A stretch of DNA of 64,000 bases from Paramecium tetraurelia (lineage: Eukaryota): the NCBI GenBank assembly GCA_000165425.1, contig CT868032.1, forward strand, positions 1 to 64,000, in the 5' to 3' direction. Each line of letters begins with the position of its first letter. Position 1 is the first letter of the stretch. The notes below the pieces were generated by a model. It was given only the letters and a program-made list of their open reading frames with translations, was not told the DNA's origin and ran no database searches. The position numbers and the translations under genes were made by a program. This document shows, piece by piece, positions 13,451 to 27,114 of this stretch.

Positions 13451-14995
13451 ATGAGTTCTGCTCCTAAAATTCAAAGACTCGTATTCTCTAGTGAATTACC
13501 AGAAAATCCTATGGCAAATAAAATGACATTAAAGAAAGACAAAACTTGTGGAGGAAGGATCAGATGGAATTTGGTTTTTAATGTAGTAATGATTGCAATG
13601 GCAGGCTTCCCTTTTTATCTTCCCTTAGAGGCTACTTTGGGAGTTAACTGTTTCTATGCTTTATTGTGGATTTTATTTTTAGTTTTGGCTGCCAATACAT
13701 AATCAAAAATCCACTAAACGATGAAAAAGGTGTCTAACAACTCTTAATAACCTCCAAATCCTACACCTATCAAATTCATATTGATGACATTTATATACAA
13801 AGAACCTTTAGACTTGCTAGTAAAAACACTCCAAAATATTCAACAACAAAGAATAGCCAAAGAGATCATCATGGTTGTTTGTATGGAGGAAAAAACTCCA
13901 GAGAAGGAAACCAAAATTGATGCAGTATTTGAATAATTCAAAGACTGTTTCGATTAACTCATAGTTACTGTTCATCCTTATGGAACTCCTGGAGAGATTC
14001 CAGGAAAATGCTCTAATACTAATTATGCTATTAGATCAGTGTTGGCTCATTTAAAATAAAGCAACCCTAACTTTGACCCAAAAAAGTACTTTGTAACTAA
14101 TTTTGATGTGGATACATTATTTCACAAAAACTTTCTAGATATTTAAATGATGAACATACTGAAAGAGAAAGATAGAAACAATTTTGTTTGGTAACCAGTT
14201 TTATTTTATAATTGGGGACTTGATAAACTTAGTTTTTTCACAAGAATTACAGGATTAGCTAGAAATATGTTAATGATGGGAGCGTTAATTCCTTTAAACA
14301 TAAATATTATGAGTGTCTACACAGCTTCCTTATAATTACACATAGAGGGAGACTTTTGTCATCCAGCATATTAAATGGATGACATAATCTGCTATATTAG
14401 ATGGAAGACTTTAAGCAGAAGAGCTCTTAAGATAAAACCAATTTATTGTCCTACTATTTCAGGACCTACTTCTGGTTCAAATATGTGGTAAGAATTCATT
14501 GAATGGATCAGGCAGAATAAGAGATGGAGCATAGGGTCAGCTGAAGCTTTCCATTATTTCATAATTAAAGCTCCAAGAATAAGGTTTTGTTAAGCATTCA
14601 CATGGGCCTGCAATTATCTTAACTATTATGCCTCCTTCATTTGTGTTTAAAGCTTATTATTGATTACAACCACAATAAGACTCTTTGCGATGGAAACTGA
14701 TCCTAATTTATAACAATATTTTTGTATCCCTTTGGGTGTCGTTTATATCTGCCTTTTTTGCATGATGGTCATGAATAAAATCGCAGTAAAATATCTCCTA
14801 AAGGATATTGTAGTTGAAATTATACCAATATGGAAAGACTTCATTCATTGGATATTAAGTCTCATAGTAATGGTTGGGTATGGACTGATAGTGTTTTATG
14901 GGTTCTGGGAAATTTTCTTTTGTGGTAAAGGAGTTTGTACCCATGAACCTTCAAAGAAGAAAGTACTTGATGCCAATTGTTTAGCGTAAAGATGA
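13451..14995 (+). CDS. Membrane-bound processive glycosyltransferase family 2 (copy 1), intronless, 514 aa
   Basis: Two N-terminal TM helices, YKEP, HPYGTPGEIPGKCSN, DVD (14105-14113), MDD, QNKRW (14513-14527), then several C-terminal TM helices. Confidence 0.88.
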
Positions 14996-15844
14996 AACCG
15001 TGATAGAGATTCATCAGTAACAGAATAAAATTTGATGTAATTATGTTTATTATATGATAATATATTTTATAAATGGTGTTTTATTATATATTTATTTAAA
15101 ATCTCTGATTAAGCCCTTATTTTAATTGAAGCATAAGATTTAAACTTTAATTATAAAACACATAAATATTAGATTAATGTTTAATTGGATTTAATAGTCT
15201 ATTCTGAGCAAAAATTGAAGCATATTTTTCCTATATTACTAGATTTTAAGATAATATTAATAAGATAAAAGCATTAATTTAACAAAGAAATTTTATTTTG
15301 TTTCTTATTTCCAACAAAAGAAAATATAAACAAAAATTAATCAAAAGAATCGATTTGTCTAATATTTAAGTATCTCTTCATTTAATCAGAACTCAATAAT
15401 CTCAATAATCTCAATAATCTCTGTGTTATCTCGCTGGAAAAATAAAAATATCAAAATAATTCAATATTTAGAATTATATAAATGCCTAGCGTCTATTGAA
15501 AAACTCATAAATCACGTTGGAAACAAAGAAAAGTACTCTCATGATTTAAACATTTTATATCTCTTTAGAATTTTCAAGTAATTTTGTGTAAATTAATACA
15601 GAAGAAATTCGAAACTAAATTATATACCATTGGTTTGAAGTTTCCATTCCTTTAATTATACTTTTAAAATCAATTTATGAATTTGGATACTATTTGATAT
15701 TCGTATCATGTTATAAAAATATTAGATAATTTAAGAAATGTATATATATTATGACTAGTATTAAAAGTAATCTAGAACAAATTTGTATTACAAGTATGAC
15801 TATGAATGATTAGTAAACTATCAACGACTTATTCAGTATTTATC

Positions 15845-15994
15845 NNNNNNNNNNNNNNNNNNNNNNNNNNNNNNNNNNNNNNNNNNNNNNNNNNNNNNNN
15901 NNNNNNNNNNNNNNNNNNNNNNNNNNNNNNNNNNNNNNNNNNNNNNNNNNNNNNNNNNNNNNNNNNNNNNNNNNNNNNNNNNNNNNNNNNNNNN
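15845..15994. other. Assembly gap (150 N)
   Basis: Run of N. Confidence 1.
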
Positions 15995-16638
15995 GCCGAA
16001 ATAGATAGGCAAGCCTTTGAAGCCATTTCAGTCTCTTTCTCAAAAAAAGTTTCTATAATTGCACCTCATAGTTTAGATGTATATATTTTTTATAGAAATG
16101 TAAGAAAAGATAATAAAAAGCCAAATTGAATGCTCATTTTAATAGAATTCTATCAGTCTGTTTCTCTCCTGACGGTACTACATTAGCATCTGGTAGTTAT
16201 GATAACTCTATTGGTTTATGGGATGTTAGAACAGGATAATAAAAAGCCAAAATAAATTGTCATACTGACTAAGTTATATCATTCTATTTCTCTCGCGATA
16301 GTAATACATTAAAATCCAGTATTGATGATCACTCGTTTCGTTTGTGGGATGTTAAAACAGCAAAAGAAATTTAACCTCAACACAATATTTTTATTAGTTA
16401 GTTTGAAATACCACTTTATAGTCCATCCATTATATAACCTGGTATTTATTTTTATTATACTGAAGCTAACATTGATCATGGAATATTCAGAAAATGTAAA
16501 TACTTAACCTTGCAAGCTAAAGGAGCATTAATTTTGAAAGGAGAATTTATAAATTAGTAAGGCTTAGATTTAAGATACTTATTCAAATCTAAAGGTAGTT
16601 TGATTTTAGAAAACTAAATACAATAGGAAATTTATTGA
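15995..16638 (+). pseudogene. 3' part of a highly repetitive WD40 gene (Paramecium HET-E-like/NACHT-WD40 type), partly decayed
   Basis: SVCFSPDGTTLASGSYDNSIGLWDVRTGQQKAK repeat, a decayed second repeat, and tail LQAKGALILKGEFINQQGLDLRYLFKSKGSLILEN; TGA 16636-16638. 5' end is lost at the gap. Confidence 0.75.
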
Positions 16639-16914
16639 ATTATGAACATTTTACAATATCAATTAAATGTAATTAATTCAGTATGACATCTTTTCACCTC
16701 TTACTAGGATTTTGATAAAAAAAAATGTCCCAATCTATCTTATTATAAGTGATGAATAAGAATTTAATCATGAAGGCAAGTACAATATAAATGATATTTC
16801 ATATAATGTTGCTATAGTATTATAAGACTTCGCAATCATCAGTAATTTAATTCAAAAGGAATTCGCAGCAATTAGTATTATGAATCAATTCGAGGATATA
16901 ATTAATTTAATTAA

Positions 16915-17210
16915 TAATTTCAGCTGACACTCTTAAGAGCAGTTTCGAAATGAAGAAACCTTGAAATTTTAGGAAATTGTCCTTATAGAAAGATCCACGT
17001 AACCAAAATTATATTATAATTAAAAGTATAAATGAATTTATTTTTTTAATGATTACTTTATTTTCAAATTAGCATTTATCTCCTTCTATTATTAATGTGT
17101 CGTTGGAATGAATCATCAGCATTATTGAAAATATTATAATACATGTATTCAAATTAGGAATTTCTGAATCAAATAAATAGTAAATATAAAATGGTATTTT
17201 AAGGAAATAT
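16915..17210 (+). pseudogene. Orphan decayed copy of the last TPR exons
   Basis: Aligns to ~9662-9930 with indels, a lost AG acceptor and a short insertion. Confidence 0.8.
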
Positions 17211-17559
17211 AAGAAATTCAAAAATTCAAAAAGTTAATTCTAATTTAAAGGCAGTAATTAGTTAAGGCTAATTAGAAAATAACAAAAATGCTCTAGAATA
17301 TTTTAACGTACAAATCTTTGATTTTCCATTTTATTAGCTTAATGTAAAATCAAAGATATATATTTATTTACACTTTTGATTTAGAAAAATGGATCACTTA
17401 AAAAATTTCAAATTATTATTCACTATTTGGTTTTTCATAGTTTGTGGAGAAAATAAAACGATATACATCAATTCAGAGTGGAATTCCATAATATTCCCAT
17501 CTGTGTTTTGTTTAGAGGAGACAATATTATACTTCCGACTTATGAGATCAAATAATTAA

Positions 17560-17960
17560 TCATTTTTTTTTCCATCGCTTTTTAATTTGTACTTGAGGTA
17601 TTTCAAGAATTGAAACTTTTGCCTAAAAGCTACATTTCTAATTGCTAAGTCAAAAATCTCTTTAACACCTTTTTATGTTTATGTCGAACATTCTAGAACT
17701 AAATTATAATAATTTATTTTAGATTTCAACCTTATTATTGTAGAATTATATGTACTTCTTCATATTAAATATGATTTGGATTTGCTAGCCTTCTCATCTC
17801 TTTATTATATCCAACAAATATTACTGGTACTAATTTTAATTCAGGAGTTTCAAAATCTTAGTACAATTTATAGATTGCATTTTAGAAGTTTTCGAGATCG
17901 ATATGATTAAAAAGACTTCAGACATACCGTTATTCAATTATCTTAGTCTGTTATATATTT
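17560..17960 (-). pseudogene. Rho GTPase pseudogene copy 2, 5'-deleted
   Basis: Aligns to ~10830-11230. About 220 nt containing the start codon, P-loop and WDTAG are missing, and the CAAX tail is lost. Confidence 0.8.
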
Positions 17961-20677
17961 TGTCACGCAAAATTGATATTTGATAATTATATATCCTTTG
18001 GACTGAAAGGCAGTTGTAAAATTAATGTTTGAGAAGGTGTAATGAGTAAAATCTTAAATTTAATCTGATTTTGGTTATATCGTAATGATTACGATCATAT
18101 TACATAATATTTTTTTTTAAATTGGAAAAAAATTCACAAAATTTATTATATTTATATGATAATCAATAAAATTAAAAATTAATGATCTCCTTTATTGCTT
18201 TTCATACTTTGATGCACACAGAGCTTGACATTAGAATAATGATGTTAATTTAAATCAATTTATGCAATATTAAACTCTAAAATAGTTAATGAATTGATTT
18301 TGACAAGAGATAGGCATATTTTATTTATGGCTTTGAGCTCTGCCTTTAATTTGCTACTTTTGTGTTGTTCTAAAAACATATATTTCTAAAATCACATTTT
18401 GGACAAACAAAATTATAATGGTATTTTAATTTCCAGTTTTCTTGTACACTCGTTATATTCCGTATAAAAATAGTATTAGCCTTACTATCAGAGGTCAATT
18501 TAATAAAATCAGAAGAGAATGATACTGATGAATAGATAATATCAAAATATCCTTCTAATGATGATTTTTTTTATCCTTTTTTATATCTTAACTTTTAATA
18601 TTATCAGGGCTTTCCAATGCTTATCAGAACAAGCAATATAAATTGATTGAAGAAACCAGCAAAAGTACCTAATTTATGATTTAAAGCAATAATTTTATAT
18701 GAAATGTAAAAAAAATTATAATTCTATAAGCATTTCTTTAGTTGAAAATGATTTTACAATTATTATGAATTATCTATTTATTGACAAAGATAATGGATTT
18801 AGAGGACCTATCTCATTAAACAAATTGATAAAATAGCTAAAAGAAAATAGGATTTATTCATAAAAAAATACTGATTTTTATCTTTTAATCAAAATGAAAA
18901 TATACTATCATAATTTCCTATATTACAAGGTAGAGTCCTAATATTTATAACGGATTGAAAAACCTTGTAACAATTTATTTCTAATATCTGATAAAATTGT
19001 AAATTCTGAAAGTTCAAGATTATAAATATCAAGTGAGATTATTAATAATTTCTTGATAGAAAATAGGTGAGGAATAGTGCTATAAAAAATTACTTCAAAA
19101 TCATTTCGCTGAGCCAAGATGTTAAGATTAGCCTAATTATAAATAATTAATCTATATATATAATACTAATTTGGCAATGACTTCAAATTACATTTCATAT
19201 TTCCTAGTCCATCGAACTATTTAAGAGCTGCTTTACATACAAGGTTAACAATCTCAATATATTCTTAATTTAGAGTTTGGTAATAATAACTTGATTTAAA
19301 ATTAGATTCTTTGTCAAAATAAGCCTAAGAGGTGAAAATGGCTTACCAATTGAAATAATTATAACTTAGAATAGAGACTTGATTTGGTTAATCAAAACGA
19401 ACTTTGATTAGCGAAAGCTGTGAATATTGAAAATTCAATTTTAAGAACGCACAAATAAAAAATTATTTAAATGGATCTTGCACATTAACATCATAAATAT
19501 CAATATCGAGCCTTATTAATAGTATTTAAAAGTTTATAGGCTTAAAAAGTGGAATTACGAAAATTCATATTTTAATTACGGATCAAAATTTATACTTATA
19601 TGTATTAACAAAATAAGGTTTGATATTACAATTTCTCTAAGCAATCTTGTAATAATCAATTGAATCATAAAAAACACTAATCTTTTTAATATTCCAATCG
19701 AGGCTCAATCCTTAGAGATTCATTTTTATTAATTATCCATAAAGTCTTTAGCATAAAAAATATTAATTCGTCATATGTAATCTCTACAAAGAAATTAATA
19801 ATTCAAATTAAAATTGTTTCACTCTATTTGAATATATATAATTCATTATTGGAAACATCTAAATCAAACTATTGATATCCAAATTTAACTACTTGACATT
19901 AGATTGATGTATATCATCCTAAAGATGGATTTTATTATTTGATTTTTTATGTATTTATTATTAGAAAAAAGCAAAAATAGTTTTCAATCTAATATTAAAT
20001 CAAGATCATCTTGCATAATAAAACTATCTTTCTTTACTAATATATTCCAATCATATTACATTATATTATTTCTGTATAAAAACAATTAAGAGTACATAAA
20101 CTGATTTTTTGAATTGTAAAATAGTGGAAAATACAATAATTGGTTTACTCTTTTTCTCTACCTATTTTCAAAGAGCTGATGAAAGGACTAATTATATTCC
20201 ATAAAGATGTTTGACAATTTACTATATCTGTTTTTATTCTTGTTGGAAAACATAAATGATTTAAATATATTGCCAAAGAGATGCAAAAAAAGAAATAAGT
20301 AAAATAATAACTAATGTTTCAAAAGGTATATTTCATCAAAATTACTCCTTAACATATCTATTAGGCCCCGATAAGGGCAGAAAAATTAATCGAATCTATA
20401 TGAAAATTGAAAATAAGCAGTTGAGATTTGTTGAGAAATTTTTTTGAAATAAAGAATAAATTTAGGTAACTGGAAGGCTATTCTATATTTAACTGGATTT
20501 AAAAAACTAATTTGAAGTAATTCAAAATAAATTCCAAGCAAACCTGAATGGTAATTAATTTAAAAAATATATAATGTTAATTAATTATGAATATGACAAA
20601 ACAACCCTGTTAGCTTATATTCTCTGAATTTCTAATATCGTTTTCAAAATTAAAATTAACTTAAAACGATTTATCAA

Positions 20678-22261
20678 ATGAGTTCTGCCACTAACAATCA
20701 AAGGCTAGTATTCTCTAGTGAATTACCAGAAAACCCTATGGCAACTAAGATGACATTAAAGCAAGACAAAACTTGTGGAGGAAGGATTAGATGGAATTTG
20801 ATTATCAATGTAGTAATGATTGCAATGGCAGGCTTCCCTTTTTATCTTCCCTTAGAGGCTACTTTAGGAGTTAACTGTTTCTATGCCTTATTGTGGATTT
20901 TATTTATATTTTTGGCTGCCAATACATAATCAAAAATCCACTAAACGATGAAAAAGGTTTCTAACAACTCTTAATAACCTCCAAATCCTACACCTATCAA
21001 ATTCATATTGATGACATTTATATACAAAGAACCATTAGAATTACTATTAAAAACACTCCAAAACATTCAACAACAAAGAATAGCCAAAGAGATCATCATG
21101 GTTGTTTGTATGGAGGAAAAAACTCCAGAGAAGGAAACCAAAATTGATGCAGTATTTGAATAATTCAAAGACTGTTTCGATTAACTCATAGTTACTGTTC
21201 ATCCTTATGGAACTCCTGGAGAGATTCCAGGAAAATGCTCTAATAATAATTATGCTATTAGATCTGTATTGGCTCATTTAAGAAAAAACGACTCCAACTT
21301 TGACCCTAACAAATACTTTGTAACTAACTTTGACGTTGATACAATATTTCACAAAAACTTTCTAGATATTTAAATGATGAACATACTGAAAGAGAAAGAT
21401 AGAAACAATTTTGTTTGGTAACCAGTTTTATTTTATAATTGGGGACTTGATAAACTTAGTTTTTTCACAAGAATTACAGGATTAGCTAGAAATATGTTAA
21501 TGATGGGAGCGTTAATTCCTTTAAACATAAATATTATGAGTGTCTACACAGCTTCCTTATAATTACACATAGAGGGAGACTTTTGTCATCCAACATATTA
21601 GATGGATGACATAATCTGCTACATTAGATGGAAAACTTTAAGCAGAAGAGCTCTTAAGATAAAACCGATATACTGCCCTACTATTTCAGGACCTACTTCT
21701 GGTTCAAATATGTGGTAAGAATTCATTGAATGGATCAGGCAGAATAAGAGATGGAGTGTAGGGTCGGCTGAAGTTTTCCACTATTTTGTGATTAAAGCTC
21801 CAAGAATAAAGCTTTGTTCAGCCTTCACATGGGCCTGCAATTATCTTAACTATTATGCCTCCTTCATTTGTGTTTAAAGCTTATTATTGATTACAACCAC
21901 AATAAGACTCTTTGCGATGGAAACTGATCCTAATTTATAACAATATTTTTGTATCCCTTTGGGTGTCGTTTATATCTGCCTTTTTTGCATGATGGTCATG
22001 AATAAAATCGCAGTAAAATATCTCCTAAAGGATATTGTAGTTGAAATTATACCAATATGGAAAGACTTCATTCATTGGATATTAAGTCTCATAGTAATGG
22101 TTGGGTATGGACTAATAGTGTTTTATGGGTTCTGGGAAATTTTCTTTTGTGGTAAAGGAGTTTGTACCCATGAACCTTCAAAGAAGAAAGTACTTGATGC
22201 AATTGTTTAGCGTAAAGATGAAACCGTGATAGAGATTCATCAGTAACAGAATAAAATTTGA
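20678..22261 (+). CDS. Membrane-bound processive glycosyltransferase family 2 (copy 2), intronless, 527 aa
   Basis: Paralog of 13451-14995 with the same DVD, MDD and QNKRW motifs; ends ..VLDAIVQRKDETVIEIHQQQNKI-TGA. Confidence 0.9.
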
Positions 22262-23978
22262 TGTAATTATGTTTATTATATGATAATATATTTTATAAAT
22301 GGTGTTTTATTATATATTTATTTAAAATCTCTGATTAAGCCCTTATTTTAATTGAAGCATAAGATTTAAACTTTAATTATAAAACACATAAATATTAGAT
22401 TAATGTTTAATTGGATTTAATAGTCTATTCTGAGCAAAAATTGAAGCATATTTTTCCTATATTACTAGATTTTAAGATAATATTAATAAGATAAAAGCAT
22501 TAATTTAACAAAGAAATTTTATTTTGTTTCTTATTTCCAACAAAAGAAAATATAAACAAAAATTAATCAAAAGAATCGATTTGTCTAATATTTAAGTATC
22601 TCTTCATTTAATCAGAACTCAATAATCTCAATAATCTCAATAATCTCTGTGTTATCTCGCTGGAAAAATAAAAATATCAAAATAATTCAATATTTAGAAT
22701 TATATAAATGCCTAGCGTCTATTGAAAAACTCATAAATCACGTTGGAAACAAAGAAAAGTACTCTCATGATTTAAACATTTTATATCTCTTTAGAATTTT
22801 CAAGTAATTTTGTGTAAATTAATACAGAAGAAATTCGAAACTAAATTATATACCATTGGTTTGAAGTTTCCATTCCTTTAATTATACTTTTAAAATCAAT
22901 TTATGAATTTGGATACTATTTGATATTCGTATCATGTTATAAAAATATTAGATAATTTAAGAAATGTATATATATTATGACTAGTATTAAAAGTAATCTA
23001 GAACAAATTTGTATTACAAGTATGACTATGAATGATTAGTAAACTATCAACGACTTATTCAGTATTTATCTTTACTTTAGTATGTATTCGTTTATTCGAG
23101 TATAAAGAGACAGTTTAACAGATAGTGACTAAAATATTCACTTTACTAATTGAAATATTAACCAAAACTTATCTTTTTTTGACAATTTATAATGATCAAA
23201 TATTTAAGTAATAGAATGGAGATCAACTAAGAATATTTTTTCTGATATTTTAATTATATTATTTAATATCAGATAATTATAACAATATTAGTTTAAATTA
23301 ATCAAAATTATTTAATATTATTATGCTGGAATAGTTATGTTACTTTTACATTTATTATTAATCACATAATGTAAGGTGTCTAGAATTCAGAAGGAATATA
23401 ATTGATAATTTTTTACAAAATTTTTTAGCAACAATTTAAAGTTATTGTTTGAGAAATTGATTGTGATGCTTTGAATCATGTCTCATTTTACACCAATTCT
23501 GGTCTAATTTTCTGAACAACCAAGTAGTTAATAATAAAATATTATTTAGAATCGAATTCAATAAATGTTGATATTGCCCTCAGAATAACTTGTACTTCTT
23601 TTATTATAATACCCAGATAATAATTGTTAGATTAGTTAATTCTATTTTGAAAATCTAATACATGAGAGTAGAGAAGAATATTAATTTTTTATGTATGATA
23701 AACCTCTGTTAAAATCAACCTGCATTAAATTTAATTAATAGTTATAAGCACACAAAAGTTTGAATTTATATATGTTCATTGCTGAGTCTTTGGTTTATCA
23801 AATAAATGCATTAATTTTACAATCCATTTTAGATATCGTTCTGGATGATCACCCAGAGAGGTTCTCTATATTGAGGTCTTATTGATTTTAATTGAATAGT
23901 TCTAATGAACCGATAGTAGATAGGGTTTTAGAATTATAAATATGAAAGGAATGAATATATTTTATTTTTTTTATAAAA

Positions 23979-24847
23979 ATGTAAAAATTGTTGTTCACGG
24001 AGGAAGGGTTACAGATAATGAGAAGTAGGAATAGCGATCCAATAAAACAAAACACTGAAAGTAAAGGGATATCAATAAGACCAAAATGTTTGCGAATTCA
24101 ATCGTTATCAAGATAATGTAACCGTGTCAGAGTGGGGACATTGAAGAATACATTTAACTTGTCGAGCCCAGAAAATCTACTTTAAGTTCTGCCCTTCACA
24201 AGATAGAAGCACAAGGCGACTAGTATACCTTAGGTGCTTTCGGTTGATCAATTGTACGGGAGATAGTAGGAAGATTTGTTGTAAATGGCAGCAAGTCATT
24301 TGCATTTGCCTAATGGAATAGGGAAGGATGGAATGGGAAGACATCACTTACAGTCAATTCGGTTGAGAACTGGCGATTGGTATCAATGGAAGAATATTCC
24401 GATGCTGGCATGCGTAGTGGACGATTTTCAGAAGAAGTTAAAGTATAGAAATTTGATCATAGAGATTGTAGTAAACATCTGAGGAGGAAGAACATATGAA
24501 AGCAGAGAAACGATAAATACAGCATGAGTTTGAGATGAAGAAGGTCGAGCAGATTCAAAGAAAAACGTAGTAAAATTTGAATCAGGTTTTGGAATAGAAA
24601 TCATTGACTTATAATATAGATCTAGACGAGTTTTGGAGGTAGATGAAGGAGAATGTAATGAAATTATATATATAAATAAAAGAGCAAATACTTTTAGCAT
24701 CATACAGATGAGATGGTGAAGAGTAAGGCTAGCAAAAGAGAGAGATTGGAGAAATTTTAGAAGAAATTTACAGATAAAAAGGTCTACATCCCACAAATAC
24801 AGAAGCAGAATGTTAATAATAGGGAAACAGCATATTATGATATATGA
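23979..24847 (+). CDS. Hypothetical protein with short coiled-coil C-terminus, about 3 tiny introns
   Basis: Table-6 frame MQKLLFTEEGLQIMRSR.. joined through GT-AG introns of 20-29 nt to ..RETAYYDI-TGA. One junction is uncertain. Confidence 0.6.
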
Positions 24848-24859
24848 AAATAATTAATT

Positions 24860-27030
24860 ATGGAAAAATTAATACCATTCATTAATGATCTGCACGTATA
24901 GAATTAATAATACCTTTCGTATAGGATATCCTGAGTTAAGCAGGATTGAGCAGCGAATTGAATTTGCCTTCAATAGTTGTTATTGGGTCTTAATCAGTTG
25001 GAAAGTCCTCTCTTCTTGAAAGTATTGTTGGCAGAGAGTTTTTGCCAAGGGGTAAGGGGATTGTGACAAGAAGACCGATCGAGATTCAATTGCATTAGGT
25101 TTTGGATGCGGAGCTGGGATGGTTTGAATTTATGGATAAGAAAGGAGAGAAGATATTCGAATCAGAAGATATACGGAAATTAATAGAGTCAGAGACGGAT
25201 AAGGTGGCAGGGAAGAATAAGGGGATATCGCCTGCGCCAATTAAAGTGAAATATTTTTCAAAAGACATCCTTGATCTCTAACTAATTGATTTGCCAGGAA
25301 TAACAAAGAATCCAGTTGGGGATCAACCACTGGATATAGAATAGAAGGTTCTGGACATTGTGATGCCGTTTATCAACAATTAAAATAGTCTGATATTGGC
25401 AGTGTCCAAAGCATCTGATGATTTAGCAACGTCAGATGGGTTGAAATTGGCGAGAAGTGTTGATCCCAATGGTGTAAGAACTATAGGAGTGATAACTTAA
25501 TTGGATCTAATGGATGAAGGGTCTGATGCTTTAAATGATCTGCTTAATCAAACGTATCCATTGTAGTTGGGATACGTGGGGGTAATAATGAGAGGGCAGA
25601 AGGATATCCAGAAGAACAAGACCATTTTTGAGCAGCTAAAAGACGAAAAGGCATTTTTTGAGAATCACAAGTTGTACAAAAAGTATTCTGAAAAGATGGG
25701 TGTTAATTTCTTGGTGAAGACTCTGAACATGAATTTTATTCAACATATCAAGAAGGCTTTACCAATTATCAGAGAAACCATTATAAGTTTAGTGTAAATA
25801 AAGGAATTCGATCTCAAGTAGTATGGAGACTATGACAATTTGGAGACTAAGGAGAATAAGAACTTGCTTGTTTTGACTTTAATATCAAAATTTTCCAGTT
25901 CTTATAAGGACATGCTGGAAGGGAGATGTTTGGATATCACAAGTAAGGAATTGATTGGTGGATCTAGAATAATTTATGTATTCAATGAAACTTTCAGGAG
26001 AACCATATAGAGAATGAATCCATTTGATGTTTTAAGTGATGACGAGATAAGAACAGCAATCAAGAATGCAAATGGAATTAGGCCAACTTTATTTGTTCCT
26101 GAAGGAGCATTTGAATTATTAGTAAGATAGCAGATTTCAAGATTGAGAATGCCTTCAATTGAATGTTCTCATATCGTATTTGAGGAGTTGAGGAGAGTGA
26201 TAAACTAGATTTCGATTCCAGAGATAGAGAGATTTGATACTCTGGCTAATAGAATTTCGGAAGTAATTGAAAATCTTTTAAACAGATGTTTGAGATAGAC
26301 TGAGGAAATAATATCCAGTTTGATTGATATTGAATTGGGGTACATAAATACAAGTCATCCAGATTTTGTATCTGGGATGGACATGGTGCATAAGGATGAA
26401 CAAAGATAATAATAATAAATGTAATAATAATAGAAGGAAAAGTCTCCTCTGTAGAGTGAGAATGAGTCCAATAGGTTCTTCAATTTCTGGCCATTCAAAA
26501 ATAACAAGCAGACTGAGTTATATGATAGCAAATTGGACAATTTGAATAAGAAGAGGAAATCCAACATCATCAATCAGAAGCAGCAAAAGTTATAATAGGT
26601 AGAGGAGAGTCAGATCCTGTAGCAGCAATCGGTGATCAATAAGATCGTGTCTGTGAATCAGCAGTATTTTGTGAATGACCCAAAAAGACAGTTGCCTCAG
26701 GTTCCAAATACGATCAAGATCACCGACAGACCGTCGAAGAGAGAGCAGACAGAGATGGACATGATTAAGGATTTGTTGGTTTCGTACTTCAATTTGGTGA
26801 AGAAGAACATTTGCGATTCAGTTCCGAAGACTATCATCACGTTTTTGGTGAATCAATCGAGGAACTTTTGTGAAAGGGAATTGATTGGGATGTTGTACAA
26901 GCAGGAATTGGTGGATGAATTGTTGTAGGAGAATCAATTCATACAGAAATCACGAGCGGAGACAAAGTAATCTTTGATTAGCTTGAGGACTTGTTTGAAT
27001 TTGTTGAATGATTTGGATTCTAAATTCTGA
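24860..27030 (+). CDS. Dynamin-related GTPase (DRP/Vps1/Dnm1-like), 713 aa
   Basis: [41 protein letters not shown], middle domain and GED ([18 protein letters not shown]). One 29-nt intron at 24896-24924. Confidence 0.96.
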
Positions 27031-27114
27031 GATAATTTAATAATAAAATTAATTGAAATTCGTTAAAAAACACATATTATAATTAATCTTTTAATTAATA
27101 TTTTTATTTGTTCA

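Larger units (their letters stand above)
16915..23070 (+). repeat. Second copy of a tandem segmental duplication (first copy ~9662-15844)
   Basis: Collinear matches: last TPR exons, Rho relic, relic DNA, GT2 gene and 3' flank. Offset 7227/7226 nt around the GT2 gene. Confidence 0.92.

Noticed and set aside
15392..15421. (ctcaataat)x3 microrepeat, also at ~22618
   Set aside because: Ordinary slippage repeat carried along in the duplication.
5469..16129. ORF-track entries containing X runs
   Set aside because: Artefacts of the two N gaps.
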